A stretch of 34,771 nt of DNA, from assembly GCA_048882385.1 (NCBI GenBank), contig JBHLRQ010000016.1, forward strand, positions 1-34,771, read 5' to 3'. Both the position numbers and the translations under genes were made by a program. The notes under the pieces were generated by a model. It made no database searches, had not been told where the DNA came from, and was given only the letters and a program-made list of their open reading frames with translations. The stretch's first letter is position 1. Each line of letters opens with the position of its first letter. The stretch is from Candidatus Thorarchaeota archaeon. Lineage in GTDB: Archaea; Asgardarchaeota; Thorarchaeia; Thorarchaeales; Thorarchaeaceae. This document shows, piece by piece, positions 9,387-18,997 of the stretch.

Positions 9387-10142
9387 ATGAGAGTAGTTCT
9401 ACTTGGTACAGGTACTTCATATCCAGACCCGCAACGAGTTCAATCAGGCGTACTTGTTGAATATGACGATAATAGAGTATTATTTGATGTTGGTTCCGGA
9501 ATACTTCATAGACTAACTCAGCGTGAGATTGATTTGAAGACTCTTGATGCTGTTTTTCTTAGCCATTTTCATATTGATCATTGCTCTGATTTCCTGACTC
9601 TCATTCAGAGTCTTTGGCTAGCAGGTTATGAAAGAACACTCAAACTATTCGCTCCACCATTCATTCGCGAATGGTCTCGGGGCGTTAATGATGTTGCTTT
9701 CACATATTTGCGAGAAAAGATATTGATTGAAACTGCTGTTCTCAAGGAAAATCTTGCTGTGCATCAAGGTGAGATTGTTATTACGAATACATCCACCCTA
9801 CATGGGAGTATGGATACGCGAGCTTTCAGGATTGAATATGAAGATCAGACTCTTGTGATATCGTCAGACACAGCACCGTGCAAAGAAATAATCGATATTG
9901 CAAAAGACTGTGACATATTGATCCATGAATGCAACTGGTTAGATGGGACACATCCTGAAGGGGTTCATACAAGCCCAAGTGAACTCACGCGAGTTGCGGA
10001 AAAAACCAATCCAAGGAAACTCGTCCTGACTCATGTTTCACCAGAGGTCGTCGCTAACCAGAAGAAAGTTGTAGATATTGTTAAACGACGAACAGATGCA
10101 GAAGTCATTGTTGGAGAGGACCAAATGGTTCTTGAGTTCTGA
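9387..10142 (+). CDS. RNase Z/BN-like MBL-fold hydrolase
   Basis: LLGTG, LFDVGSG, SHFHIDH, SSDT, LIHEC, HTSP and LTHVS. It appears to lack the long flexible-arm insertion of true tRNase Z. Confidence 0.85.
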   Translation: MRVVLLGTGTSYPDPQRVQSGVLVEYDDNRVLFDVGSGILHRLTQREIDLKTLDAVFLSHFHIDHCSDFLTLIQSLWLAGYERTLKLFAPPFIREWSRGVNDVAFTYLREKILIETAVLKENLAVHQGEIVITNTSTLHGSMDTRAFRIEYEDQTLVISSDTAPCKEIIDIAKDCDILIHECNWLDGTHPEGVHTSPSELTRVAEKTNPRKLVLTHVSPEVVANQKKVVDIVKRRTDAEVIVGEDQMVLEF

Positions 10143-10143
10143 C

Positions 10144-10590
10144 TCATGGAAAGGAAAAGGAAGTCCTTTGAGGACCATACATCCTTTTGATGTTAGCAAC
10201 GCCAAACACTCCACCAAGTATGAACATTGGAGACCATGAAGCTAACTCCGTGAACTCAGGCCAAATAACTGGTGGTAACCCGCGACTCAATGCAAGGCCG
10301 TTCACGACAAGAACAACGAAAAAGGTCAGAGAATAGGCGAGATTGATTACAGCAGCTTTTCTGGCAAATGAAATTTCATAGGTCTTCACAATGTGAATAG
10401 TATCACGTATGAGGATGATAACAAAGAGCATGGTAAAAGCAATCAGTGCGGGATAATGGAACAACCAAAATAGAACATAACCCACCATCACCAGTCCTGT
10501 ATATATTGCATATGTGGCTAGAGGGTTGAAAGGTCTCTCCTGATGTCGTGGCTTTTCAGTAGGTTCTTGCTCGGAAGTGTCCTCACTCAT
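10144..10590 (-). CDS. Membrane protein, about 4 TM
   Basis: ATG start preceded by GTGAG; hydrophobic segments. Confidence 0.75.
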   Translation of the reverse strand: MSEDTSEQEPTEKPRHQERPFNPLATYAIYTGLVMVGYVLFWLFHYPALIAFTMLFVIILIRDTIHIVKTYEISFARKAAVINLAYSLTFFVVLVVNGLALSRGLPPVIWPEFTELASWSPMFILGGVFGVANIKRMYGPQRTSFSFP

Positions 10591-10757
10591 AAGAACTCAC
10601 ACTTTTGATAATCCTCATTTCATATAACTGAGAGCTTAGGAGCAAATGTCAGATTTATGCATCAAAACATTGCTCAGAATTTGCCATGTGAATGTTTTTA
10701 ACGCATGACACATCTATCCATCGTAGAGCTCGAATAACGAAACCGAGTCGATGAATC

Positions 10758-11636
10758 ATGGCCGATGCAATAGAATGGTCAAACGCCAGTCCAGAACACA
10801 TTGTCTGGCGTTATCCGGATAACAGAATTAGGTGGGGCTCACAGCTCATAGTTATGGAGAACCAAGCAGCTATCTTCTATAGAGATGGAAAAGCCTTGGA
10901 CACATTTCTTGCTGGCCGCCACAAGCTAACAACTAGTAGCATGCCAGGTCTTGTGGGTTGGTTGCAGAAGAAGGTCAAGGGCGATGTCTTTGAAGCCACT
11001 TGTATCTTTATTTCACGCTCACAATTTCAAGGCAAGTATGGAGGCAGGGGACAGACAAGTGATCTGGCACCCCTAATGTTCCATGGCAATTTCTGGTTCA
11101 GAGTTAAAGAGCCAAAGATTTTCGTGAACGAGGTTGTATCCAACCAGAATGCCTTCAGTACGAAGAAGGTCAATGACTTCCTGCGTTCATTCATGAACGA
11201 AAGAATCATTGACGAGTTCGCGCATTACGATCTCCAAGCTGTATTCACGCAGCTTGATGAAACCTCCCTCAAGGTGAAGACCAAAGTTCGAATGAACTTC
11301 GAGAGAATTGGTCTAGAACTTGTGGATCTTAAGTTTGAAGGTCTTGATACAACTGAGAAGTATCGTGAGCGTCTCTTCTTCATGAAGACAGGAGGAGTAA
11401 GTGGACAACAACTGATGGGTGCTGAAACCATGAAGGATGCAGCTGAGTCTCTCGGCAAGAGTCCTGGTGCTGGTTTCGGTGCGGGAATGGGCTTCATGGG
11501 AGCAATGGGTCAGCAGATGCAGGGCGGGCAAGGAGGACCAGCAGGAACTCCAGCAGGTGCTAAGTTCTGCGCAAACTGCGGCACAGCTCTTAATGGTGCC
11601 AAGTTCTGTCCGAATTGCGGATCTAAAGTAGGATAA
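10758..11636 (+). CDS. SPFH-domain protein (YdjI/COG4260-like) with a C-terminal zinc ribbon
   Basis: IVWRYP..I.WGSQLIVMENQAAIFYRDGK; Gly/Met-rich GAGFGAGMGF linker; KFCANCG...KFCPNCG. Confidence 0.9.
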   Translation: MADAIEWSNASPEHIVWRYPDNRIRWGSQLIVMENQAAIFYRDGKALDTFLAGRHKLTTSSMPGLVGWLQKKVKGDVFEATCIFISRSQFQGKYGGRGQTSDLAPLMFHGNFWFRVKEPKIFVNEVVSNQNAFSTKKVNDFLRSFMNERIIDEFAHYDLQAVFTQLDETSLKVKTKVRMNFERIGLELVDLKFEGLDTTEKYRERLFFMKTGGVSGQQLMGAETMKDAAESLGKSPGAGFGAGMGFMGAMGQQMQGGQGGPAGTPAGAKFCANCGTALNGAKFCPNCGSKVG

Positions 11637-11647
11637 TTACATAACGG

Positions 11648-11684
11648 GTGGACGGAGTATTCCGTCCACGCGAGTCTCTTTTTC
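11648..11684 (+). terminator. Hairpin plus U-tract
   Basis: gtggacgga-gtat-tccgtccac forms a perfect 9-bp stem, followed by gcgagtctcttttt. Confidence 0.65.
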
Positions 11685-11794
11685 ATGGTATAGTGTAATA
11701 GAAGGACTCACTTCTACCCTAGTGCCGTTCTTGTTATATGGAGCTATTCTTCTTGAAATGGTAAGTAATCATATGAAGCAAGAGTTGCATCAAG

Positions 11795-13645
11795 ATGCGC
11801 CAAGACTTTAGCTATCAAACGGTAGATGAAGAAACCGTGGAGTCGGCTAGGTCTATTAAGAAGAGTACAGGATCATATTATACTCCAGACCATCTTGCCA
11901 ACCTTATATCTAGAGATACAATCTTCGCATGGCTATCAGACCAAGTAGGAAAAGAGATTCAGAATTTTGAGGACATAACAAATCTTTCTTCGGAGGTGAA
12001 AAGGCATCTTCTCAAGAAGACCAGAAAAATCACGATCCTTGATCCTGCAGTAGGAGAAGGAGTATTCCTCCTAGCAGTAGGGGACCTTCTTGTTGATATT
12101 CTCTCTGCTCTTGGAGATAAAACAAGTGACGAGAAACGCAGGTTCAATGTTGCTACAGAATCTTTGTTTGGAGTTGACCTTGCAAGTCATGCAATTGAAA
12201 CAACTATCAATCGAATCGGAACTTGGGCGGAATCTTTTGATTTCCCAAACATAAGGCAGGGCAATAGTCTTGTTGCATTTATTGATTCCTCTGAAAATGG
12301 ACTCGAATTGGAAAAAGCACTGCATGAGAATTCAAAGCCATTTCTCTGGAAGAAGGAATTCCCTGAAATGTTCACCGGATTGAACAAAGGATTTGACATC
12401 ATAGTTGGAAATCCTCCCTATGGGAATATTCTGGGTCAGATTGAGAGAATTCACATTTCGAAGTTCTATCCATTTAACGTTGGAGGAAATAGGACAGGTA
12501 CATGGAATAGTGCGGCGCATTTTATTGTGAGAGCCATATCTTTATTGAATGAAACCGGACATCTTGGTTTCCTTGTTCCTAACAGTATTTTGAGAGTAAA
12601 GCAATTCACAAAGACTCGGGATTTTCTCCTCAACAAGACCAGACTATGGAAAATTGTAGATGAAGGAAGCCCATTTGACGGGGTCACTTTGGAGATGGTC
12701 AGCCTCTACTGCAAGAAAACAAAAGAGGAAATAGAAAATGTAGTTGTCGAATCAAGGAGAACCGGTCTTGAGCAATCAAATATTATTGACATTTCAGTTC
12801 TCAAAAATTCCAATGTTCTTTCAATTTACCATGACCATATATTCAGCACTATTCTTTCTAGGGGAGAAAGATATCGTCTTATAGCAGGACGAGGCCGAGA
12901 TATTCCAAAAAAACATACAAGAAAGAAAATTCAAGGTGAATTCAAAACGCCTTACATAACAAGTGGCAGAAGTGTTCGAAGATATCATCTTAATGAGGAT
13001 CATATCTCCTACGCAGATGATTGGTTTCTTCAAGATTTGGCTTTGAGAGCATCTTTTGAAAATGAATTTCTTGTTGCCACTAAGAACTACAGATACCCTC
13101 GATGTGTTCTCAAACCTAAAGGAGTAGTTCACGGGGGAGGAATTGTTAAGATCAGTCCACAATATACTAACGCAGACCTTAGGGTCTTGGGATTAATCCT
13201 AAACTCAAGTTTAGTACGTCATGTCTGTATTAGATACCTCACTAATTACTCGCAATTGACATGTTGTCTTAACACAGGAATAATGGAAGAACTCCCAATC
13301 ATACTCCCAAAGAAACCAGTTCCATATTCAACCCTCTTTGATATCTTGACAGCCATCTATTCTGATGTCGAGGTTCAGGATCCTGAGATCAGAATTATGC
13401 TTGAACGCCTTTCAGACGCTCTTGTCTATTCATTATACCTTTGCGAAGATGACAGATTGGAAGAAGCTATTGATGAAAGGATATCGAGAATTGGAAAAGA
13501 GAAATTGAATGTGGTCAGATTATATGATGCACTCAATACTGTTGAAATAGGGAAAATCATCGATGAGATTTCTAGTGAGAATATAGTTAGAGAGCTTGAA
13601 CAATTGGGAAACTTTCCAAAGACAAAGAAATCTCTTAGATACTGA
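11795..13645 (+). CDS. Solitary N6-adenine DNA methyltransferase (gamma class, Eco57I/TaqI-like)
   Basis: GSYYTP, ILDPAVGEG (motif I), FDIIVGNPPY (motif IV), GFLVPNS, and a C-terminal TRD-like region (LGLILNSSL...ELPI). Confidence 0.88.
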   Translation: MRQDFSYQTVDEETVESARSIKKSTGSYYTPDHLANLISRDTIFAWLSDQVGKEIQNFEDITNLSSEVKRHLLKKTRKITILDPAVGEGVFLLAVGDLLVDILSALGDKTSDEKRRFNVATESLFGVDLASHAIETTINRIGTWAESFDFPNIRQGNSLVAFIDSSENGLELEKALHENSKPFLWKKEFPEMFTGLNKGFDIIVGNPPYGNILGQIERIHISKFYPFNVGGNRTGTWNSAAHFIVRAISLLNETGHLGFLVPNSILRVKQFTKTRDFLLNKTRLWKIVDEGSPFDGVTLEMVSLYCKKTKEEIENVVVESRRTGLEQSNIIDISVLKNSNVLSIYHDHIFSTILSRGERYRLIAGRGRDIPKKHTRKKIQGEFKTPYITSGRSVRRYHLNEDHISYADDWFLQDLALRASFENEFLVATKNYRYPRCVLKPKGVVHGGGIVKISPQYTNADLRVLGLILNSSLVRHVCIRYLTNYSQLTCCLNTGIMEELPIILPKKPVPYSTLFDILTAIYSDVEVQDPEIRIMLERLSDALVYSLYLCEDDRLEEAIDERISRIGKEKLNVVRLYDALNTVEIGKIIDEISSENIVRELEQLGNFPKTKKSLRY

Positions 13646-13685
13646 CGCTTAAATACAGTAACAGTTGGAAACAGCAGGAATCAGA

Positions 13686-14297
13686 ATGTTCGATGAAGAC
13701 AATGATTCCGAAGAAATGGCTGATGAGTTGATTGATGCAATTGACGAGGAAGCTGATAGTGGTGCAGCAGATGGGCTGACCAAGAGAGAAAGGGAAATTG
13801 AGGTCGGTCGAGAATCTGAGCGACAAAAGAAAGCTCAAGAACTCAAGAAGCAGTTAAGAAGACGTCAACTTGGATTAATCAATTATCGATGGCCTGCAGC
13901 AGTATTGATACTGGGAGGAATCATGGCAATAGTCACTGAATTCCTAACTGTTATGTATCGAGACCCAGCTGTTATTCCACCAGAAGTCGGATTCGATACT
14001 TTTCCAGAAGCTTTCATACGTGTTGGGGGTGTCATCTATTTATTCCCCCTGATTTCAGGAATACTGATGATTATACTCAGTTACTTTGCGTACTCGAATC
14101 CTAGAGCAACTTGGTTGGCACTAATCCCAGCATTATTTCTCATAATGTCAGGAGGAACTGTATACTTCCTCATAACATTGGCAGTCACAGCTGAACCAGC
14201 CTATACGGGGTATATCTATGCAACTGCAACTCCAATCTCAATGGTTATTGCAGGAGTTGTAGCGTTACTTGCTATTGCAATGAAAGAAGCTGAGTAG
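13686..14297 (+). CDS. Membrane protein with an acidic/coiled-coil N-terminus and about 4 TM
   Basis: ATG 13686 follows AGGA; D/E-rich head, charged helix, then four hydrophobic segments. Confidence 0.78.
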   Translation: MFDEDNDSEEMADELIDAIDEEADSGAADGLTKREREIEVGRESERQKKAQELKKQLRRRQLGLINYRWPAAVLILGGIMAIVTEFLTVMYRDPAVIPPEVGFDTFPEAFIRVGGVIYLFPLISGILMIILSYFAYSNPRATWLALIPALFLIMSGGTVYFLITLAVTAEPAYTGYIYATATPISMVIAGVVALLAIAMKEAE

Positions 14298-14867
14298 TTA
14301 ATCACTCAAGAACTCGTCGAGGCGTCCCTCATCTTCCAACATGCTCATCCAGTCTATTCTCGTTGGAGTCGGAGAATCCTTCATCAGGTCTTCAATCAAT
14401 GTCGCTGTTTCAGGCGCACTCAGTTTAGAAGTGTCAATCTCGAATACTTTTTTCTCACCAAACGCATCAAGGGCATCAAGTTGACACACTCCAAGAACTT
14501 CTGCCTCTACATTCTCGTTGATCTTGTCCTCGGAGTATTTTCTTTTGGATAGTCGGTCTCTGAGTTCTTCAGGGTGAGTTCGCAGAATGAACACAAATTG
14601 GACTGAGCTACTTGGAACCAAATCTATGTAGTGACCTTCAATCACAAGTCTCTTAGATTTGTCCTCTGTTAAATCAATTAGTGCATCAACAAGGCAATCT
14701 TCATTGATGATTCCTGTCTTTCGAGCTTTGTCCTGGGCAGAGATGCATCCAGATTCATCTGCTAGTTCACCTAGTGATATGACTTCAACACTCAGCTTGC
14801 TTCCAAGAATCTTCGCAACCCTAGTCTTTCCAGTTCCAGGTGTTCCTCCAAGAAGTATCACGGACAT
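14298..14867 (-). CDS. Atypical adenylate kinase, AK6/Fap7 family
   Basis: GGTPGTGKT, IEGH, and RLSKRKYSEDKINENVEAE lid motif. Confidence 0.9.
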   Translation of the reverse strand: MSVILLGGTPGTGKTRVAKILGSKLSVEVISLGELADESGCISAQDKARKTGIINEDCLVDALIDLTEDKSKRLVIEGHYIDLVPSSSVQFVFILRTHPEELRDRLSKRKYSEDKINENVEAEVLGVCQLDALDAFGEKKVFEIDTSKLSAPETATLIEDLMKDSPTPTRIDWMSMLEDEGRLDEFLSD

Positions 14868-14983
14868 ATCTCAATGTCAAGACATATTCAAGATAAGCTT
14901 TGAGAAGCAGACTCATTGATCATCATCCAAAGTGAACCTTACATAAGTGATAAAAGAAGTTCAAAGTTTTGCATTTTGTGACC

Positions 14984-15490
14984 ATGAATAGCTCATATAC
15001 TCTTAGACAATTTCACCCTGATGATATCAAGGATGTCGTTTCGATAAACCAAAAATGCCTTCCTGAGAACTACCCAGACCAGTTCTTCTTGGGGCTTCAC
15101 TATCACGCTCCAAAGGCATTTTTCGTTGCTGAATATGAAGGTGAAATAGTGGGTTACATCATGTGTAGAATTGAAAGGGGGATATCTGGTTTCGGGAGAT
15201 TACCTGCAAAGAAAGGACACATTGTTTCTGTTGCAGTGCTCCATTCAATGCGTGGCAAAGGAATTGGAACAGCACTCATCAATGCGGGGATGGAGGGGAT
15301 GACAGAGTATGGAGCGAGTGAGTTCTTCCTTGAAGTCAGAAAAAGCAATGAACCAGCAGTATCTATTTATGAAAAACTAGGGTACACAGTGCGAAGGGTA
15401 CTTAGAGGGTACTACAGAGATGGTGAAGATGCCTATTTGATGGTCAAAAAGGGGGAATACGCCATAGAGGATGGTCCAATAGATGAGTGA
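14984..15490 (+). CDS. ard1: N-terminal protein acetyltransferase, Ard1/RimI family
   Basis: CLPENY, GYIMCRIE, GHIVSVAV, RGKGIG, LEVRKSN and YYRDGEDAYLM. ATG 14984 is preferred over TTG 14969. Confidence 0.92.
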   Translation: MNSSYTLRQFHPDDIKDVVSINQKCLPENYPDQFFLGLHYHAPKAFFVAEYEGEIVGYIMCRIERGISGFGRLPAKKGHIVSVAVLHSMRGKGIGTALINAGMEGMTEYGASEFFLEVRKSNEPAVSIYEKLGYTVRRVLRGYYRDGEDAYLMVKKGEYAIEDGPIDE

Positions 15491-16394
15491 TTCTATTAAG
15501 GTCCCGCTAATTCCTCAATGCTCAGCATGTATAGTTAACAGCTTGAAGACACTCATTCCACTCCTCACATCCGATAAAGAGAATCAATACAATCTCTTTA
15601 GATCTGCTTACAAACGGTTGTCAGAGGGGTACGCGAAAAACCTCACGCCAATTATCCTTTCAGTGAATCTCTATCGAGAGCTCTACGAAAAAGTAGGAGC
15701 TGAGGATCCCTATAAGGAAATTAAACGTCTAAGTAAACAAGCAGCGTTGAGCGTACTCCCTTTAATTGAAAAGCAGATTGAACAATTGGAAGGAAAACAG
15801 AGATTTCTAGCTTGTTTATCAGCATCTATAGCAGGCAATGTTATTGATTATAATACAGCCGAACATAGTCCAGATCTAGATTCGTTAAAAGAGGTTTTTG
15901 ATAGGATTCAAAATGAGGGATTAGATCTTGATGATTCCAACTTCCTATGGCAATCACTAACGACACGTTCAGGTAAACTGCTCTTTATTGCTGATAATGC
16001 TGGAGAAGTAATTCTAGATATTCCTCTTCTTAGATACCTGAAAGAGCTTGGGTGGAATACGACTTTTGTTGTTAAAGGCGGAGCTATGATCAATGATGCA
16101 ACACAAGATGATGTTGAAGGAACAGAAATTGAAAAACTAGCTAATATCGCAGATAGTGGTGCGTGGGCACATGGGGTCCCTATAGAGTATGTAAGCAAGG
16201 AATTTCTCAATCTTTTCAAAGAGAGTGATATAGTCATATCAAAAGGTCAAGCAAACATTGAAACCGTTCCTGTGATTCAAGAAATGACAGGTACAGAAAC
16301 ATACTATATCACTAAGGCGAAATGCTCACACATTTCTCAGGCCATTGGTGCAAAGAAAGGAAGTAATGTAGTATTGCGGCATCCTAAAGTCTAG
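15483..16394 (+). CDS. ARMT1/DUF89 damage-control phosphatase
   Basis: CSAC, DPYKEIK, GNVID, DNAGE, NDAT, SKGQAN and KC motifs; overlaps ard1 by 8 nt. Confidence 0.9.
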   Translation: MSDSIKVPLIPQCSACIVNSLKTLIPLLTSDKENQYNLFRSAYKRLSEGYAKNLTPIILSVNLYRELYEKVGAEDPYKEIKRLSKQAALSVLPLIEKQIEQLEGKQRFLACLSASIAGNVIDYNTAEHSPDLDSLKEVFDRIQNEGLDLDDSNFLWQSLTTRSGKLLFIADNAGEVILDIPLLRYLKELGWNTTFVVKGGAMINDATQDDVEGTEIEKLANIADSGAWAHGVPIEYVSKEFLNLFKESDIVISKGQANIETVPVIQEMTGTETYYITKAKCSHISQAIGAKKGSNVVLRHPKV

Positions 16395-16538
16395 TTTTTT
16401 GACATCTTTGACAAGCTTTAAAAACAAAGGAAAGAAGGTCCGAATCAGACTACATGTACCCGAAGTGCATGTACAGTTTTACATTAGTAACGTTTCACTA
16501 CTTCATTATAGGAATGAGACTAAATCGGAGGAATAAAC

Positions 16539-18176
16539 TTGAGTCAACAAGTACCGGTGATTGTTCTAAGAGAAGACACCGAGAGAACGCGTGGTCGTGA
16601 TGCTCAAAGAAATAATATCATGGCCGCAATTGTGATTGCTGAAGCAGTCAAGTCCGCTTTAGGTCCTAAAGGCATGGACAAGATGTTGGTTGATAGCTTT
16701 GGTGATATCACAGTTAGTAATGATGGTGCAACAATCCTCAAGGAGATGGATGTTGCTCATCCAGCAGCTAAAATGGTGATTGAAGTCGCAAAAACCGTTG
16801 ACGCAGAAGTTGGAGATGGTACAACCACAGCAGCCATCCTAACTGGAGACCTTCTGAAGCAGGCAGAAACCCTTCTTGACCAGAAGATTCATCCAACTAC
16901 AATCATCAGCGGATACAGGAAAGCAACTGAAAAAGCACTCAAAGTCATTGAAGAGGTTGCAGAAACTGTAGATCCAGCCAGCGCAGATTACAAGAAGATC
17001 TTGATTGATGTTGCAAAGACATCCATGTCCAGCAAATTCGTTTCGGGATCACGTGACCCACTAGCAAGAATCGTCGTTGAAGCAGTACTTGCAATCGCTA
17101 AGGATTTACCCGAAGGCGAGGAACTAAGCGTTGACAGCATTCCACGTCAGAAACAAGTTGGAATGACTGTTGATAGTACTGAGCTTGTGAAGGGACTCGT
17201 TCTTGACAAAGAGGTCGTTCACGCAGGAATGCCAAAGAAGGTTACTGGAGCAAAGATTGCACTTCTTGAATGTGCACTGGAAGTAACCAAGACCGAGTTT
17301 GATGCCAAAATCTCAATAACCGATCCTTCTGCAATGCAGAGTTTTTTGGATGAAGAAGAACGTATGCTCAAGGATATGGTTGACAAGATTGTTGAAGCTG
17401 GAGCTAACGTGGTAATTGCACAGAAAGGCATTGATGATGTGGTTCAGCACTTCTTAGCAAAGAAAGGAATTCTCGCAGTCAGGAGAATAAAGAAGTCTGA
17501 TGTCGAGAGGATCCATAAAACCACCGGAGCTACAATCATTTCAAAGATTCAGAATCTCACAGCTGCAGATCTTGGTAAAGCAAAACTAGTCGAGCAGAGA
17601 GAGGTTGCAGATGACAAGATGCTCTTCATAGAAGGCACTCCAAAGTCAAGTGTGGTGACCTTGCTTGTCAGGGGTGGGACCGATCACATTGTTGATGAGG
17701 TCGACCGTGCCCTGAATGATGCTCTTAATGTTGTACGGGACGTTTTGATACAGCCCGCAGTCACCTACGGTGGTGGTGCACTTGCTGCGGAAATTTCAAA
17801 GCAGCTAAGAGACTATTCAGCAACACTCGAAGGTCGTGAGCAATACGCAGTCAATGCATTCGCAGATGCTATCGAATCCCTTCCAAACACACTCGCTGAG
17901 AATGCTGGCCTTGATCCCATCGATGTAATCGTCAACCTCAGAAAAGCACACACAGAGGGGAAGATTCATCACGGCATCGAAATCTCAAAAGGCAAGGTTG
18001 ATGACATGAAAAAGGCTCGAGTAGTCGAGTCAGCTCTTGTCAACAAGCAGATAGTCATGTCAGCAGCTGAAGCAGCTCAGATGATTCTCAAAATCGATGA
18101 TGTCATTAGTTCGAAAGGAGCCCCTGACATGGGTGGCGGCCCTGGTGGCGATGGCGACTTCGGTGATGACGAATAG
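16539..18176 (+). CDS. ths: Thermosome (group II chaperonin) subunit
   Basis: [32 protein letters not shown] and ILKIDDVI; TTG start with a GGAGG SD. Confidence 0.97.
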   Translation: MSQQVPVIVLREDTERTRGRDAQRNNIMAAIVIAEAVKSALGPKGMDKMLVDSFGDITVSNDGATILKEMDVAHPAAKMVIEVAKTVDAEVGDGTTTAAILTGDLLKQAETLLDQKIHPTTIISGYRKATEKALKVIEEVAETVDPASADYKKILIDVAKTSMSSKFVSGSRDPLARIVVEAVLAIAKDLPEGEELSVDSIPRQKQVGMTVDSTELVKGLVLDKEVVHAGMPKKVTGAKIALLECALEVTKTEFDAKISITDPSAMQSFLDEEERMLKDMVDKIVEAGANVVIAQKGIDDVVQHFLAKKGILAVRRIKKSDVERIHKTTGATIISKIQNLTAADLGKAKLVEQREVADDKMLFIEGTPKSSVVTLLVRGGTDHIVDEVDRALNDALNVVRDVLIQPAVTYGGGALAAEISKQLRDYSATLEGREQYAVNAFADAIESLPNTLAENAGLDPIDVIVNLRKAHTEGKIHHGIEISKGKVDDMKKARVVESALVNKQIVMSAAEAAQMILKIDDVISSKGAPDMGGGPGGDGDFGDDE

Positions 18177-18212
18177 AAAGAGTCAAACGTAGAATGAAAT
18201 CAGGTGTAGCTC

Positions 18213-18890
18213 ATGTCAGAAGGCTCTGAACCAAATGAAAATGGGTCTGAAGAGGGTGAAGAAGAACCCATCACAACAATGGAGGAAAATGTTGCTCTAT
18301 TGACAAACATTCCTGGAGTAGGACCAAAGACCGCGGAGAAACTTGTCGCTGCAGGCTTTGACACCATTGAGAAAGTTGCTACTGGAGACAAGGAAGAACT
18401 TGCACAAGCAGTTGCAGGTCTCAGTGTTTCAAAAGCAGAGGCAACTATAGCTGAAGCTTTGGATGTTCTTGAGAAAGTGAAATCTGGAGCCCTAGATTTA
18501 AGCGGTAAGAAATCTAAGCGGAAAAAAGCACCAGAGCCGGAACCGGATAGGCACGAGCTAGAACCTCTAAAGGCAATGGATAAAGCTGAGGAGCGGAAGA
18601 AACTTGTCACGGGTTATGACAAAGAGAAAGCCGAGATGGGAATCCCTGTTGGTCCTAAATGGCTAACTAAGTTCGAGAAAGCTCGAATTATTGGTGCAAG
18701 AGCACTTCAAGTTTCGATGGGAGCTCCAGTTCTTATTGACATGAAGACTGCACCAAAGGGACGTTTCGGATTTGCTGAAGCAGAACTAAAGTCTGGTGCC
18801 CTCCCGATGACTGTCCGACGGACTCTTCCGACCGGAGAATCATTTGATATACCACTATCTATTCTATTAGTACACACTAGGTTGGACTAG
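18213..18890 (+). CDS. rpo6: RNA polymerase subunit Rpo6/K with an N-terminal acidic tail and tandem HhH domain
   Basis: C-terminal [24 protein letters not shown]...[19 protein letters not shown] is Rpo6/RPB6. N-terminal [12 protein letters not shown]...[12 protein letters not shown] is HhH-like. AGGTG SD before ATG 18213. Confidence 0.92.
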   Translation: MSEGSEPNENGSEEGEEEPITTMEENVALLTNIPGVGPKTAEKLVAAGFDTIEKVATGDKEELAQAVAGLSVSKAEATIAEALDVLEKVKSGALDLSGKKSKRKKAPEPEPDRHELEPLKAMDKAEERKKLVTGYDKEKAEMGIPVGPKWLTKFEKARIIGARALQVSMGAPVLIDMKTAPKGRFGFAEAELKSGALPMTVRRTLPTGESFDIPLSILLVHTRLD

Positions 18891-18915
18891 TTCCAACCTA
18901 TCTACTTCTTTTTTT
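18878..18915 (+). terminator. Hairpin plus U-tract ending the ths-rpo6 unit
   Basis: taggttgga-ctagt-tccaaccta forms a 9-bp stem spanning the stop codon, followed by tctacttcttttttt. Confidence 0.6.
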
Positions 18916-18997
18916 AATCTCCAAGTAATTGATGTGCAATCATACGACGCCTTAAAAGCATGTTATGCATGAGATAGAATTCCTAGTAGTGGTTGCA

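Noticed and set aside
6812-11636. Vault-like system (VIT-vWA as in PARP4 plus SPFH as in major vault protein)
   Set aside because: The VIT-vWA protein is exported and TM-anchored. The SPFH protein is short, YdjI-like and lacks MVP repeats. The genes are in separate transcription units.
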